NCBI GenBank assembly: GCA_035494735.1
Contig: DATJGS010000037.1
Coordinates: forward strand, 81,637 to 145,636
Length of the DNA: 64,000 nt
From: Candidatus Saccharimonadaceae bacterium
GTDB taxonomy: Bacteria; Eisenbacteria; RBG-16-71-46
Reading direction: 5' to 3'
The notes under the pieces were generated by a model. The model did no database searches and was not told where the DNA came from. It worked only from the letters and a program-made list of their open reading frames with translations. Made by a program: the position numbers and the translations under genes. Shown here piece by piece: positions 17,452 to 27,517 of this stretch. Position 1 is the first letter of the stretch. Each line of letters starts with the position of its first letter.

Positions 17452-18201
17452 ATGGTGTCTCCCGTCCGCAGGCCCCAACCGCCTCCACCGCCCGATCCGC
17501 TGCTGGTGCGGCTGTTCACGCAGCCGCTGTCCAGCCAGCAGGTCGAACGCCGTGCGCGCCAGACGCTGCGCCCGGCGGTGCGCGTGCTGCTCGTGATGGT
17601 GCCGGTGGCGCTGCTCGCCGGGCTCGGCTACGCCGCGTTCGACCTGTGGTCGCAGCTGCCGCCCACGCTCGTGCCGCGCCATCGCCCGGAAGCCCTGTGC
17701 TTCGCGCTGGCGGCGGCCGATCCGGTGACCGGCGATCATTTCCAGCCGCCCATGCACATCGAGCCGAGCGCGGCGCTGATGCGCTCGCGTTTCACGCCGA
17801 GCACGCCGGCCGGCGCGGCGCTGCGCGAGGTCATGCACCTCGACGAGAGCATGGTGCTGAGCGAGGCGTCGCGTCACGTCGGCGACTTCGACGTGTCCGT
17901 GCTGTGGCTGTACCTGCCGCCGGGCGCCGGCCCGGGCGACGGCTCGGACGACGCGCGCCACTGGCTCGTGCTGTGCTGGATGGAGGGCGGCGATCTCGCG
18001 GTGTGCAACTTCCGCTTCGCCGGCGAAGGCCGTCAGCTCGACGCCGACGAGCACCAGTGGGGCCAGCGCCTCGTCAATCGCCTGCTCGTGCCCGCGAACT
18101 TCGAAGCCGGCGTGCTCCCGACCGTGCGCCTGCGCATGCCGCGCGGCACGACCATGCCGGCGTTCGGCCCGCCCGCGGCGCAGTCGATCGCCGCGCAGTA
18201 A
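17452..18201 (+). CDS. Hypothetical membrane-anchored protein.
   Basis: One TM helix and a non-repetitive composition, unlike the overlapping ORFs. Confidence 0.4.
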   Translation: MVSPVRRPQPPPPPDPLLVRLFTQPLSSQQVERRARQTLRPAVRVLLVMVPVALLAGLGYAAFDLWSQLPPTLVPRHRPEALCFALAAADPVTGDHFQPPMHIEPSAALMRSRFTPSTPAGAALREVMHLDESMVLSEASRHVGDFDVSVLWLYLPPGAGPGDGSDDARHWLVLCWMEGGDLAVCNFRFAGEGRQLDADEHQWGQRLVNRLLVPANFEAGVLPTVRLRMPRGTTMPAFGPPAAQSIAAQ

Positions 18202-18245
18202 CCGATCGCGACGCGCCCGCCGGCCACCGCGAGCCCTATCGCGCG

Positions 18246-18728
18246 CTACCGGCTCGCGCCGACCTTCGCCCCGTCCGGACGGTCCTTGAGGCAGATCAAC
18301 GTCTGCGTGCCGAACGCGCAGCGCGACGCTTCGCCCGCCTTCAGCACCTCGACCTCGAGCATGCACACGGTGAGCGTGCGCCCCGAGCGCACGACGCGCC
18401 CGGTCGCGATCAGTCGCTCGCCGTCGGCCGGCGCCAGCAGGTGCATGCGGTACTCGACGCTCAGCACGGACGACTCTTTCGGCATGAGCGTGTAGCCCGC
18501 GTAGCCGCCGGCGCTGTCCGCGATCGTGCCGACGATGCCGGCGTGGAAGTAACCGTGCTGTTGCGTCAGGTCGTCGCGGAACGGCAGCTCGATCGTGCAC
18601 AGCCCGGGCTCGACGCGCGTCAGCTCGGCGCCGATCAGCGTCATGACGCGCTGGCGCACGAAGCTGTCGCGCACGCGGCGCGCGAAGTCGGGATCGCGGG
18701 GTTCGAGCGAGGGCATGGCCGCGTGCAT
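18246..18728 (-). CDS. PaaI/hotdog-fold thioesterase.
   Basis: Start taken at MHAAMPSLE; hotdog-fold pattern GYFHAGIVGTIADSAGG. Confidence 0.75.
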   Translation of the reverse strand: MHAAMPSLEPRDPDFARRVRDSFVRQRVMTLIGAELTRVEPGLCTIELPFRDDLTQQHGYFHAGIVGTIADSAGGYAGYTLMPKESSVLSVEYRMHLLAPADGERLIATGRVVRSGRTLTVCMLEVEVLKAGEASRCAFGTQTLICLKDRPDGAKVGASR

Positions 18729-18823
18729 GCTAGCACCGGCGCGGCGCGCGGCGCGCGAGTCCGGCGCGGCGTCTGCGCGTGGTGCGGCGACGGCGCGGGC
18801 GCGCGGTTCGCCGCGGGCGTCCG

Positions 18824-21800
18824 ATGACGCACACGCTCGCTCCCGCGTTCGTGCCGCTGCGCGTGCGCTCGCACGGCTCGTTGCTCGAGGGCACCGCCTC
18901 ACCCGAGCAGCTCGTCCGGACCGCGCTCGAGCGCGGCGCGCACGCGCTCGCGCTGACCGACCGCAACAACCTCTACCTCGCGATCCGCTTCTGGCAGGCG
19001 GCGCACGCCGAGGGCCTCGTGCCGCTGCCCGGCGCCGAGCTGGTGACGGCCGACGCGGCGGCCTTGCTGCTGCCGCTCGACCGCCGCGGCTGGGCGCGGC
19101 TGTGCGCGCTGCTCACCGCGCGGCATCTGGACCCGGCGTTCGATCTGATCGCGGCGCTCGGCGAAGGCGCGGCCGGGCTCCACGTGATCGTCGAGACGCC
19201 GGCGCTCGCGGCTTCGCTGCTGGCGGCCGGCGTCCCGGCGGCGCGCGCGACGGGCGCGGGAGCCTCCGGCGGGCTGTGGCTCGGCGTGCGCGGGCTTTCT
19301 TTCGAGCGCCCGCGCCTGGCCGAGCGGCTCGACGCGGCGCGCGCGCTCGGCGTGCCGGCGGTCGCGACCGGCGATTGCGTGATGCTGAATCCGCTCGACC
19401 ACGACGCGCACGCCATCGCCATGACCGCGGCGCGCGGCGAGCTGCTCGAGCGCATGCCGCCCGGCGCGTTCGCGACGCGCGACGCGTGGCTCGCGTCCCC
19501 CGCGGAGTGGACGCGCCGCGTGCGCGCGCTCTGCACGGGCGCCGGGCGGCCCGAGGCCGCGGCCGTGCTGCTCGCGCACAACGTCGAGCTGGCGGCGCGC
19601 TGCCGGCTCGAGCTGGAGCTGGGCACGCCGATCTTCCCGCGGCATCCCGAAGTGCAGGGCGCCGAGGGCCTGGCGCGCCTCCAGCGCCTGTGCGACGACG
19701 GCGTGCGCTGGCGGTATGGCGGGGGGCGGGCGACGGCGGGCGCGCACGGGCCGGCGGCGTACGCGGCGCCGGCGCCCCCCGCGTCGCCCGGCGCGCGCGC
19801 CACGACCGTCCGCGCCGCGGGCGCGCGCCTCGCGGAAGAGCTGTCGATGATCGCGCGCATGGGCTTCACCGATTACTTCCTGCTCGTCGCCGAGATCGTC
19901 GGCTTCGCGCGCGCGCGCGGCATCCCGACCGTGGGCCGCGGCTCGGGCGCAGGCTCGATCGTGGCGTACGTGCTCGGCATCACGAACGTCGACCCGCTGC
20001 GCTACAACCTGTACTTCGAACGCTTCCTCAATCCGTCGCGGCGCGACTGCCCGGATCTCGACATCGATCTGTGCTGGAAGCGCCGCGACGAAGTGATCGC
20101 GCACGTGTACGACGCGTACGGGCACGATCGCGTCGCCATGATCTCGACGCACGCCACGCTGGGCGCGCGCTCGGCGTTCCGCGAGACCGCGAAGGCGCTC
20201 GGCGTGCCGAACGCGCGCGTGAACGTGCTGGCGAAGCGCGTGCCGCGCGATCTCGAGGCGCCGTACGCGCCGAAGCTCGCCGCGTTCGCGGGCGGGCGCG
20301 ACGTGGATTGGCGCGAGCCGGTGCTGGCGCGCGCGCTGGCGCTGGCCGAGAAGCTGTCGGGCGCGCCGCGGCACCTGTCCGTGCACGCGGGCGGACTCGT
20401 GATCGCGGACCGGCCGCTCACCCACTACGTGCCGCTCGAGCGTGCGGCCAAGAACGTGGTCGTGACGCAGTTCGAGATGCGCGCGATCGAGGCGATCGGC
20501 CTGGTCAAGATGGACCTGCTCGGCAACCGCGCGCTGACCGAGATCGGCGACTGCGCGAGCCTCGTCACGCGGCGCGGCGGTCCGGTGATCGACGTCGACG
20601 CGATCCCCGACGACGACCCCGCGACCGCGGCGCGCGTCGGCGCGGGCGCGACGCTGAACTGCTTCCAGCTCGAGTCTCCGGCCATGCGCCACCTGCTGCG
20701 CATGATCGCGGCGCGCAACCTCGACGACACGATCGCCGCGGTCGCGCTCGTGCGCCCCGGGCCCGCCGGCTCACCGGGCGGCGAAGGGCGCGATCGCAAC
20801 ACGAAGGAGACGTTCTGCCGCCGCCAGCGCGGCCTCGAGCCCTCCGTGTTCGCGCACCCGCGCCTCGAGCCCGTGTTGCGCGAGACGCACGGGCTGATGC
20901 TGTACGAAGAAGACGTCATGCGCGTCGCCGCCGCGCTCACGCCGCTGACGCTGGCCGAGGGCGACGACCTGCGCCGCGCCATCGCCCACGCGCGCGACGA
21001 CGAGGAGTTCCGCGCGCTCGAGCGCGGCTTCGTCACGCAGGCCCGGCGCGAAGGCGTCGACGATGCGAGCGCCCACGCCGTGTGGCGCGAGCTGACGCGC
21101 TTCGCCGCGTACGCGTTCTGCCGCGCGCACGCCGCCGGCTACGGGCGCCTCGGCTGGCAGGCCGCGTACCTGAAGACGCACTTCCCCGCCGAATACGCGG
21201 TGTCGATCCTCAACCATCACGCCGGCATGTATCCGACGTGGGTGCACGTCGAGGACCTGCGCCGCCAGGGCGCGTGTTTCCTGCCGCCGTGCGCGGCGCG
21301 CTCGACGTGGGACTCGGCGTACGAAGCGGGCGCCGTACGCGTCGGGCTCGGGCGCGTGCTCGGGCTGTCGGAGGCGACGGGCGCGCGCATCGCCGGCGAG
21401 CGCGCGGCGCGGCCGTTCGCCAGCCTCGCCGACTTCGCGGACCGCGCGCGGCCCAGCTCCGACGAACTCGAGACGCTGATCCGCGCGGGCGCGCTCGACT
21501 TCGCGGGGCGCTCGCGGCCCGCGCTGTTGCTGGAAGCGCGCGTGGCCGCAGGGCGCGGCGGCGCGGCCGGAGGCGCGCGGGCGCTGGTACGCGCGCCGGC
21601 GCTGGCCGCGAACGACGGCACACCCGTGCTGCCGACGGCGGTCGCCACGGTGCTGACGCCCGAGCTGCCCGAGTTCTCGCTCGAACAGCGCGTGCGCGGC
21701 GAGCTGGAGGCGCTCGGCCTATGGTTCAGCGCGCATCCGCTCGACGTGATGCTGCCGCCGGGTGCGCGCGACGGCACGGTGCGCGCGGCGGCGTTGCCTA

Positions 21801-22105
21801 GGCACGCCGGGCGCCGCGTCGCGGTCGTCGGCATGCCGTGCGCGCAGCGCGGCGTCGAGACGCGCAGCGGCGACATGATGCTGTTCCTCACCGTCGCCGA
21901 CGAGAGCGGGCTCGTCGAATGCGCGCTGTTCCCCGACACGTATCGCGCGTGCGCCGCGGCGACGCGCGGCGAGATCGTGCGCGTGGAGGGTCGCGTCGAC
22001 GAAACGCTGGATTCCGTGACGCTGGGCGCGGAGCGCGTGGAAATGCTGTCCGCGTCGCGCGACACGCCGCACGGCCGCCAGGGACGCGGCCAACATCACC
22101 ATTGA
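18824..22105 (+). CDS. dnaE2: Error-prone DNA polymerase III alpha-type subunit.
   Basis: About 1093 aa; PHP domain, polymerase core and OB fold; shorter than DnaE1 and lacking its C-terminal region. Confidence 0.85.
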   Translation: MTHTLAPAFVPLRVRSHGSLLEGTASPEQLVRTALERGAHALALTDRNNLYLAIRFWQAAHAEGLVPLPGAELVTADAAALLLPLDRRGWARLCALLTARHLDPAFDLIAALGEGAAGLHVIVETPALAASLLAAGVPAARATGAGASGGLWLGVRGLSFERPRLAERLDAARALGVPAVATGDCVMLNPLDHDAHAIAMTAARGELLERMPPGAFATRDAWLASPAEWTRRVRALCTGAGRPEAAAVLLAHNVELAARCRLELELGTPIFPRHPEVQGAEGLARLQRLCDDGVRWRYGGGRATAGAHGPAAYAAPAPPASPGARATTVRAAGARLAEELSMIARMGFTDYFLLVAEIVGFARARGIPTVGRGSGAGSIVAYVLGITNVDPLRYNLYFERFLNPSRRDCPDLDIDLCWKRRDEVIAHVYDAYGHDRVAMISTHATLGARSAFRETAKALGVPNARVNVLAKRVPRDLEAPYAPKLAAFAGGRDVDWREPVLARALALAEKLSGAPRHLSVHAGGLVIADRPLTHYVPLERAAKNVVVTQFEMRAIEAIGLVKMDLLGNRALTEIGDCASLVTRRGGPVIDVDAIPDDDPATAARVGAGATLNCFQLESPAMRHLLRMIAARNLDDTIAAVALVRPGPAGSPGGEGRDRNTKETFCRRQRGLEPSVFAHPRLEPVLRETHGLMLYEEDVMRVAAALTPLTLAEGDDLRRAIAHARDDEEFRALERGFVTQARREGVDDASAHAVWRELTRFAAYAFCRAHAAGYGRLGWQAAYLKTHFPAEYAVSILNHHAGMYPTWVHVEDLRRQGACFLPPCAARSTWDSAYEAGAVRVGLGRVLGLSEATGARIAGERAARPFASLADFADRARPSSDELETLIRAGALDFAGRSRPALLLEARVAAGRGGAAGGARALVRAPALAANDGTPVLPTAVATVLTPELPEFSLEQRVRGELEALGLWFSAHPLDVMLPPGARDGTVRAAALPRHAGRRVAVVGMPCAQRGVETRSGDMMLFLTVADESGLVECALFPDTYRACAAATRGEIVRVEGRVDETLDSVTLGAERVEMLSASRDTPHGRQGRGQHHH

Positions 22106-22324
22106 CGAGGGCACGTGACGGGAGTGGAATGCGGACAGGCGTTCGCGGGCAACGAGACGCGGCGCCGAAAACAGCCCACGCTTGGACGCGGGCGCGGTCG
22201 AGTGCGGAACCTCTAAGGGGGACCGCCGGCCGGAAGATGCAGTCCGCCGACGCCGGTCGGGGAACGATCCCGAGCGCACAGCTCAGGGACCGAAACCTCG
22301 GGCGGCGTTCGGCTGTGGGAGTCC

Positions 22325-22978
22325 CTACTCCCGCGTCCGCTTCGCCTCGTCGGCCTTCTTCAGCTTGCCCACCTCGACGAGCAGATCCCACGCGCTGTTC
22401 GTGGCGCTCGCGAGCAGCATCGCGAACAGGGACACGAGCCAGTACATGCCGGCTTCGTCGTTGCTCATGAAGATCGAGTATCCGACGAGCGAGATCCCGA
22501 TGAAGCACAGGACCATGACGATGCTGCGCCGCCCGAGGCTGCCGGCGCGCGCGCGGGCGTGGCCGGCGCGCCGAGCGTTGATGAGCAGTGCGCCCGAGAA
22601 GATCGTCAGCGCGCCGCTTCCGGCCATCAGCTCGGCGCCGAGCGCGCGGCCGTGCCAGCCGGGCACGAGCATGAACAGCGACAGGATGAGCGCGCCCATG
22701 AACGCGAGCAGCGTGAGGCGCGCGTAGGCGAGCAGGTGCGCCTTCGTGTCGTGGAGCAGCGCGTCGAGGTTGAACGACAGCGCCACGAACAGGAGCCCGG
22801 CCAGCGTCACGGCGGCGGTGCCGGTCATCATGAAGTACTCGTGCCACTTCTCGACGAAGCCCGGGCCCATGATCGGGCCGGCGCCAGGCGGCAGGGAGCG
22901 GATGAAGTGACCGGCCGGGCCGATCGTGTCCGCGGCACCGACCGCCACCGAGATGGCGAGCAGCGGCGCGGCGCTCAC
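22325..22978 (-). CDS. Hypothetical polytopic membrane protein.
   Basis: 5-6 TM helices; GTG start overlaps the stop of the HD gene. Confidence 0.55.
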   Translation of the reverse strand: MSAAPLLAISVAVGAADTIGPAGHFIRSLPPGAGPIMGPGFVEKWHEYFMMTGTAAVTLAGLLFVALSFNLDALLHDTKAHLLAYARLTLLAFMGALILSLFMLVPGWHGRALGAELMAGSGALTIFSGALLINARRAGHARARAGSLGRRSIVMVLCFIGISLVGYSIFMSNDEAGMYWLVSLFAMLLASATNSAWDLLVEVGKLKKADEAKRTRE

Positions 22979-23544
22979 AGCCCCAGCTCGGTGTGCACTC
23001 CGCGCAGCGCTTCGAGCGTGAACTCGATGTGCGCCGGGAGTTCCACCCCGAGTTCGGCCGCGCCGTTCACGATGTCGTCGCGGCTCACGTTCTTCGCGAA
23101 ATCGGCGCGCTTGAGCTTCTTGAGCACCGACGGCGTCTGCAGCGACAACAGCGAGCGATCGGGCAGCACGAGCGTGCACGCGACGAGGAATCCGCACAGC
23201 TCGTCGCACGCGAACAGCGCACGCGCCATCGGCATGTCGCGCGGCACGCCGGTGTAGTTCGCGTGGCTCAGGACCGCGCGGCAGATGTCCTCTGGCCAGC
23301 CGATCGAGCGCAGGTACTCGACGCCCTTGATCGGGTGCAGATCCGCGGTGGGATGGCGCTCCCAGTCGAAATCGTGGATGAGGCCGGTCAGGCCCCAGCG
23401 CTCTTCGTCGCCGCCCGAGCTGCGCGCGTACGCGCGCATCACGGCTTCGACCGCGAGGCAGTGCTTGCGCAGCCCCGGGTTCTGGATCCACTCCTCGACC
23501 AACGCCAGCGCCTGGGCGCGGCTCGGCAGCGTGGCTTCGGTCAC
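22975..23544 (-). CDS. HD-domain phosphohydrolase.
   Basis: H...HD...D metal-binding motif pattern. Confidence 0.8.
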   Translation of the reverse strand: MTEATLPSRAQALALVEEWIQNPGLRKHCLAVEAVMRAYARSSGGDEERWGLTGLIHDFDWERHPTADLHPIKGVEYLRSIGWPEDICRAVLSHANYTGVPRDMPMARALFACDELCGFLVACTLVLPDRSLLSLQTPSVLKKLKRADFAKNVSRDDIVNGAAELGVELPAHIEFTLEALRGVHTELGL

Positions 23545-23623
23545 GGTCTCCCCCTCAAAGCATGCGAGGCCGCGCTACTGGAGCGCCGCCTCGGGAATCA
23601 CGCTCGAATCGCACTTCGACCGC

Positions 23624-23863
23624 TCAGGTGTTCTCGAAGTGCGTCCGATTCTTGTCGATGAATGTCTTCCATTTCTCGGGAACGCCGTTGTCCGGGAAGA
23701 TCGCCTGCACCGGACACGCCGCTTCGCACGCCTGGCAATCGATGCATTCGTCGGGATGAATGTAGTACTGGTCTTCGCCCTCGTAGATGCAGTTGACGGG
23801 GCACACCTCGACGCACGACTTGTCCTTCACACCGATGCACGGCTCGGCGATCACGAACGGCAT
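23624..23863 (-). CDS. fdxA: 7Fe-type ferredoxin (3Fe-4S plus 4Fe-4S).
   Basis: CIGVKDKSCVEVCPVNC ... CIDCQACEAACP cysteine pattern. Confidence 0.9.
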   Translation of the reverse strand: MPFVIAEPCIGVKDKSCVEVCPVNCIYEGEDQYYIHPDECIDCQACEAACPVQAIFPDNGVPEKWKTFIDKNRTHFENT

Positions 23864-24047
23864 GAGTTCCTCCGAGAAGGCCGGCGCTGACTGCCGGCGG
23901 ATGTTCTGCGATCGCTCGGAGTTTAGGGCCTCGCGGTGCGTGCGGCAAGACGCGAGGGGGGCCGGGCGCTCACGAGAGACGGGACGGCGCGGCCGTGCGG
24001 GCCGCCTCCGCCCCTCTCCGGTAATCGCCGGTATCCGTCGCGCGGCG

Positions 24048-25901
24048 TCAGCGCACGAGCACGGCCTTGCGCATGACGCTGTGTCCCGACTGGCTGAGCC
24101 GGATCACGTACACGCCGGCGCGCGAGATGGCACGCTCGTCGAGCCGCATGACGTGCCGCCCGGCACCGAGATCGCCGACCGCGCTCGACCACACGCGGCG
24201 CCCGGCCGCGTCCCACACGCTCAGTTCGGCCGGCGCGTCGCTCGGCAGCGAGAACGCGACGAGGCCGGAGCGCTCCATCGGATTCGGGCTCGGCGCGTCG
24301 AGCGCGAGTCCGAGGCCGCTCGGCACGTCGACCCACGCCTCGCCCGCGTACGCCGTCGCGCCGCGGTCGGCGATCGCGAGGCGATAGCCGTAGCGCGCGC
24401 CGGGCGTGACGTCGAGATCCTCGTACGTCACCGAGCCCGTGCCCGAAACCGCGCGGGCCGCGACCTCGGTCCACGCGCCGGACGGCGTGCGGCGCTCGAT
24501 CGAAACCATGCGCGACGCGAGCGTCGCGCCATACCATTCCAGCGCCACGCGCTCGGGAGTCGCGTCGGCCGAAACCAGCGACGCGAGCGTGGCCACGATG
24601 ACTTCGCAGCCGGCCGCGGGATCGGGCGCGGTCATGCCGCGGTTCACGAAGTCGCGGAGACCGTCCGCCTCGCAGCGCAGGTGAACGGTCGACGAGATGC
24701 GGTTGAAGCCCTGCGCCATGAAAATCGCCGAGAGCACGTCCTGCTCGCCGCCCGGGGCGAGCGTCACCGGCCCGCTCGACACGAGCATGCGGCGGTCCGA
24801 CGGGTTCGTGTCGAGCCAGCCGGTTCCCGCCTCGGGAGCGCCCGACACCATGAAGCGGGTGGGAAGCCCGTCCGTGGGATTGATGATCGGCGTGCCGTCC
24901 TGGTTGAGGCCGCGGATGTAGTTCTCGGTCTGGCTCGCCGTCGCCGGATCAGTCCCGTTGACGTAGCGGGTGAACGCGGTCATCGGCAGCGGCGGCCCGG
25001 AAGGCGGCTGGGCGCCGCGCAGCAGCTCGAAGCCGATGGCGGGCGGCGCCGAGCCGTACACGGCGTCGTCGTCGTCACCGTTGTACGCGTAGCCGAGCGA
25101 CCGCGTCGTGTCGCAACCGATGAGGTCGTCAACGTAGTCGCCGAGGTCGGGGTCCGACCACAGTCCGACGTACATCGAGTCGAGCGTGCTCGAGCCCCTG
25201 TTGAAGATGTGCCAACGCACGAACACCGTCTGTGCGAGCGCGCCGGGATGGTTGAACGCGAATACGGTCTCCTGCACCTCGACGCCGAGCTGCGCGGTCT
25301 GGCCCGCGTTGTTCGTATGGAACGTCGGGTCGCCGTCGTTGAACACCGCCCACAGCATCTGGTCGCCGGTGATGCTCAGCGAGCCATCTCCCAGCACGAC
25401 GACCGGCGGCGCGCCGTACGGCACGGCGCCCGCGTCGTAGTCGGCGAGCGCGGCGTCGCGCGTCGCGGCGTCGGAGTAGACACGCAGCAGCGAGTAGACA
25501 CGGTAGGCGGGATTCGCCGGGTTGTCGGGAAGGCCGAAGGGCATCGCTCCCGGCGCGAACTCGTCGCTGTACTCCGAGACCGCGACACGCGTCTGGCCGT
25601 CCACACGCGCGGCGAGCCAAAGGCCGGCCGTGTAGACCGCCGTCTTGCCGCTGCCCTTCGGGAACTCGAGCCCGGCGGTGCCGATCGGGCGATTGTTCGC
25701 GAGGCAGCCGGTGTTCGTCACGAACATGCTGATGTCGTTCACGTCGATCACGCCCGAATAATCGAAGTCCTGAGCGCGATTCGGCGCTGGGAGGCGCATG
25801 TCGGCCGAGAGCGCGCTCGGGCCGAACGTGGCCAGCAGCAGGGCGAATGAAATCGGGAACGCGGCGGCGAGCAGGCGGCGCGAAAACGAGGAGAGCGTCA
25901 T
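24048..25901 (-). CDS. Secreted hypothetical protein with a T9SS-type C-terminal sorting domain.
   Basis: Signal peptide, an Ig-like region, and a C-terminal SPNP...DAAGRRV...GVYVIRL tail. Confidence 0.75.
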   Translation of the reverse strand: MTLSSFSRRLLAAAFPISFALLLATFGPSALSADMRLPAPNRAQDFDYSGVIDVNDISMFVTNTGCLANNRPIGTAGLEFPKGSGKTAVYTAGLWLAARVDGQTRVAVSEYSDEFAPGAMPFGLPDNPANPAYRVYSLLRVYSDAATRDAALADYDAGAVPYGAPPVVVLGDGSLSITGDQMLWAVFNDGDPTFHTNNAGQTAQLGVEVQETVFAFNHPGALAQTVFVRWHIFNRGSSTLDSMYVGLWSDPDLGDYVDDLIGCDTTRSLGYAYNGDDDDAVYGSAPPAIGFELLRGAQPPSGPPLPMTAFTRYVNGTDPATASQTENYIRGLNQDGTPIINPTDGLPTRFMVSGAPEAGTGWLDTNPSDRRMLVSSGPVTLAPGGEQDVLSAIFMAQGFNRISSTVHLRCEADGLRDFVNRGMTAPDPAAGCEVIVATLASLVSADATPERVALEWYGATLASRMVSIERRTPSGAWTEVAARAVSGTGSVTYEDLDVTPGARYGYRLAIADRGATAYAGEAWVDVPSGLGLALDAPSPNPMERSGLVAFSLPSDAPAELSVWDAAGRRVWSSAVGDLGAGRHVMRLDERAISRAGVYVIRLSQSGHSVMRKAVLVR

Positions 25902-26085
25902 GGCGGCCTCGAAGGAGTCGGCGCGCTCGCGGCGCTGGGTGCGCGGCCTCACGCACGACTTGCCGGGAATGATAGCCCGACCCGTGCGCGAAGCGCTGCC
26001 TCAATCCTGCCCCGGACCGGCCAATCCTGGGCACGTCGGCCTGGACTCGCGCGGGCCGCGCGACCCCTTGCGAGGAGCGAACCCC

Positions 26086-26166
26086 ATGCCCCGGAGCGAC
26101 ATTGGCGCGATGCTCCGCGCGATCGCGGGCGCCGGACTGCCGGCCGTCCTCCTGCTCGTCCGATAG
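26086..26166 (+). CDS. Candidate 26-aa hydrophobic peptide upstream of the efflux operon.
   Basis: GAGGAG SD 9 nt upstream of the ATG, coding-like GC3, single TM-like helix. Speculative. Confidence 0.25.
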   Translation: MPRSDIGAMLRAIAGAGLPAVLLLVR

Positions 26167-26265
26167 AGCCGCGCCGCCGCGTCACGTCGCGAGGCGCTCC
26201 GTCCCCGCTTGACCCCTTCGCCGAGCGCGGCTTAGGTTTGCCCGCCAACTTCCGCGAAGGGCCCC

Positions 26266-27456
26266 ATGACCACGTCGCCGCCCGACCTCTCCAGCCTGCG
26301 TATTTCCCGCGACGCCGAGCCTTCGCGCGGCAGCGGACGCGGTCTGCTCGTGGGCGGGCTCGTCATGCTCGGACTCGTCGCCGTCGTCACGGCGACGTTC
26401 GTGTTCGTCTCGAAGACCCGGCCGCTGGCGGTCAAGTCCGGCACCGTCGTGGCGACCGGCGGCGGCACGGCGTCGAGCGCCGGCATCACGGCGAACGGCT
26501 ACGTCGTCGCGCACACCCACGCCTCGGTCTCCGCGAAGATCCTCGGGCGTCTCGCCACGCTGTCCGTGCACGAGGGCTCGCACGTGCGGACCGGCGAGAT
26601 CATCGCCACGATCGAGGGCGCGGACTACGCGGCGCAGCTCGCGGTCGCGCGCACCGCCGAGGCGCAGTTCGACGCGCAGCTGAAGCAGGCCGAGCGCGAC
26701 TTGAAGCGCGCTGAGGAGCTGCGCCGCCAGAACCTGACGTCCGACGCGGACCTCGAGAACGCCCAGACCAAGCTCGACGTGCTGCGCGCGCAGAAGGCCA
26801 GCGCGCACGCCGAGTCCGATCTGGCCGCCGCGACGTACGAGAACACCCGCGTGCGTGCGCCGTTCGACGGCACCGTGCTCAGGAAGGACGCCGAGGTCGG
26901 CGAGATCGTCGCGCCGTCGAGCGCGGGCGGCGGGCTCACGCGCACGGCGATCGTGACCATGGCGGATCTCAGCGCGCTCGAGGTCGAAGTCGACGTGAAC
27001 GAGGCGTACATCGCGCAGATCATGAACGGGCAGAACGCGCGCATCACGCTCGACGCGTACCCCGACACGTCGTTCACGGGCCGCGTGCGCCAGGTCGTGC
27101 CGACGGCGGATCGGCAGAAGGCGACGGTGCTGGTCAAGGTCTCGATCCTCGACCACGACCCGCGCATCCTGCCCGAGATGGGCGCGAAGGTGCTGTTCGT
27201 GCGCGACGCCGGCCACGCCGCGACTGCGGCACCGCGCCGCGTGATGGTGCCGGCGGCGGCCGTGGTAAAGGATGTGTCCGGCGCGCGCGTGTGGGTGATC
27301 GACAACGGCCGCGTCGCCGCGCACAAGGTGGACCTGGGGCCGACGCGCGACGACGTGATCGAAGTGCGGGACGGCTTGAGCGGCGGCGAGAGCGTCGTGC
27401 TCTCGCCTCCGGCGGGACTGAAGGACGGGACGCGCGTGCGCGTCTCCGGATCGTAG
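26266..27456 (+). CDS. Periplasmic adaptor (membrane fusion protein, HlyD/MacA family).
   Basis: N-terminal TM helix, coiled coil, beta-barrel architecture. Confidence 0.85.
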   Translation: MTTSPPDLSSLRISRDAEPSRGSGRGLLVGGLVMLGLVAVVTATFVFVSKTRPLAVKSGTVVATGGGTASSAGITANGYVVAHTHASVSAKILGRLATLSVHEGSHVRTGEIIATIEGADYAAQLAVARTAEAQFDAQLKQAERDLKRAEELRRQNLTSDADLENAQTKLDVLRAQKASAHAESDLAAATYENTRVRAPFDGTVLRKDAEVGEIVAPSSAGGGLTRTAIVTMADLSALEVEVDVNEAYIAQIMNGQNARITLDAYPDTSFTGRVRQVVPTADRQKATVLVKVSILDHDPRILPEMGAKVLFVRDAGHAATAAPRRVMVPAAAVVKDVSGARVWVIDNGRVAAHKVDLGPTRDDVIEVRDGLSGGESVVLSPPAGLKDGTRVRVSGS

Positions 27457-27517
27457 TCGGCGGACGGTCCCTGGCGCTCCGGCGCCGGGCGCGCTGCAAA
27501 CACGCATGGGAGGTGGC

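Noticed and set aside
18729-18823. Looked for a second copy of the TGCAC-N4-GTGCA operator upstream of dnaE2.
   Set aside because: Only a degenerate GTGC..GC..GCAC inverted repeat is present; no match to the motif.
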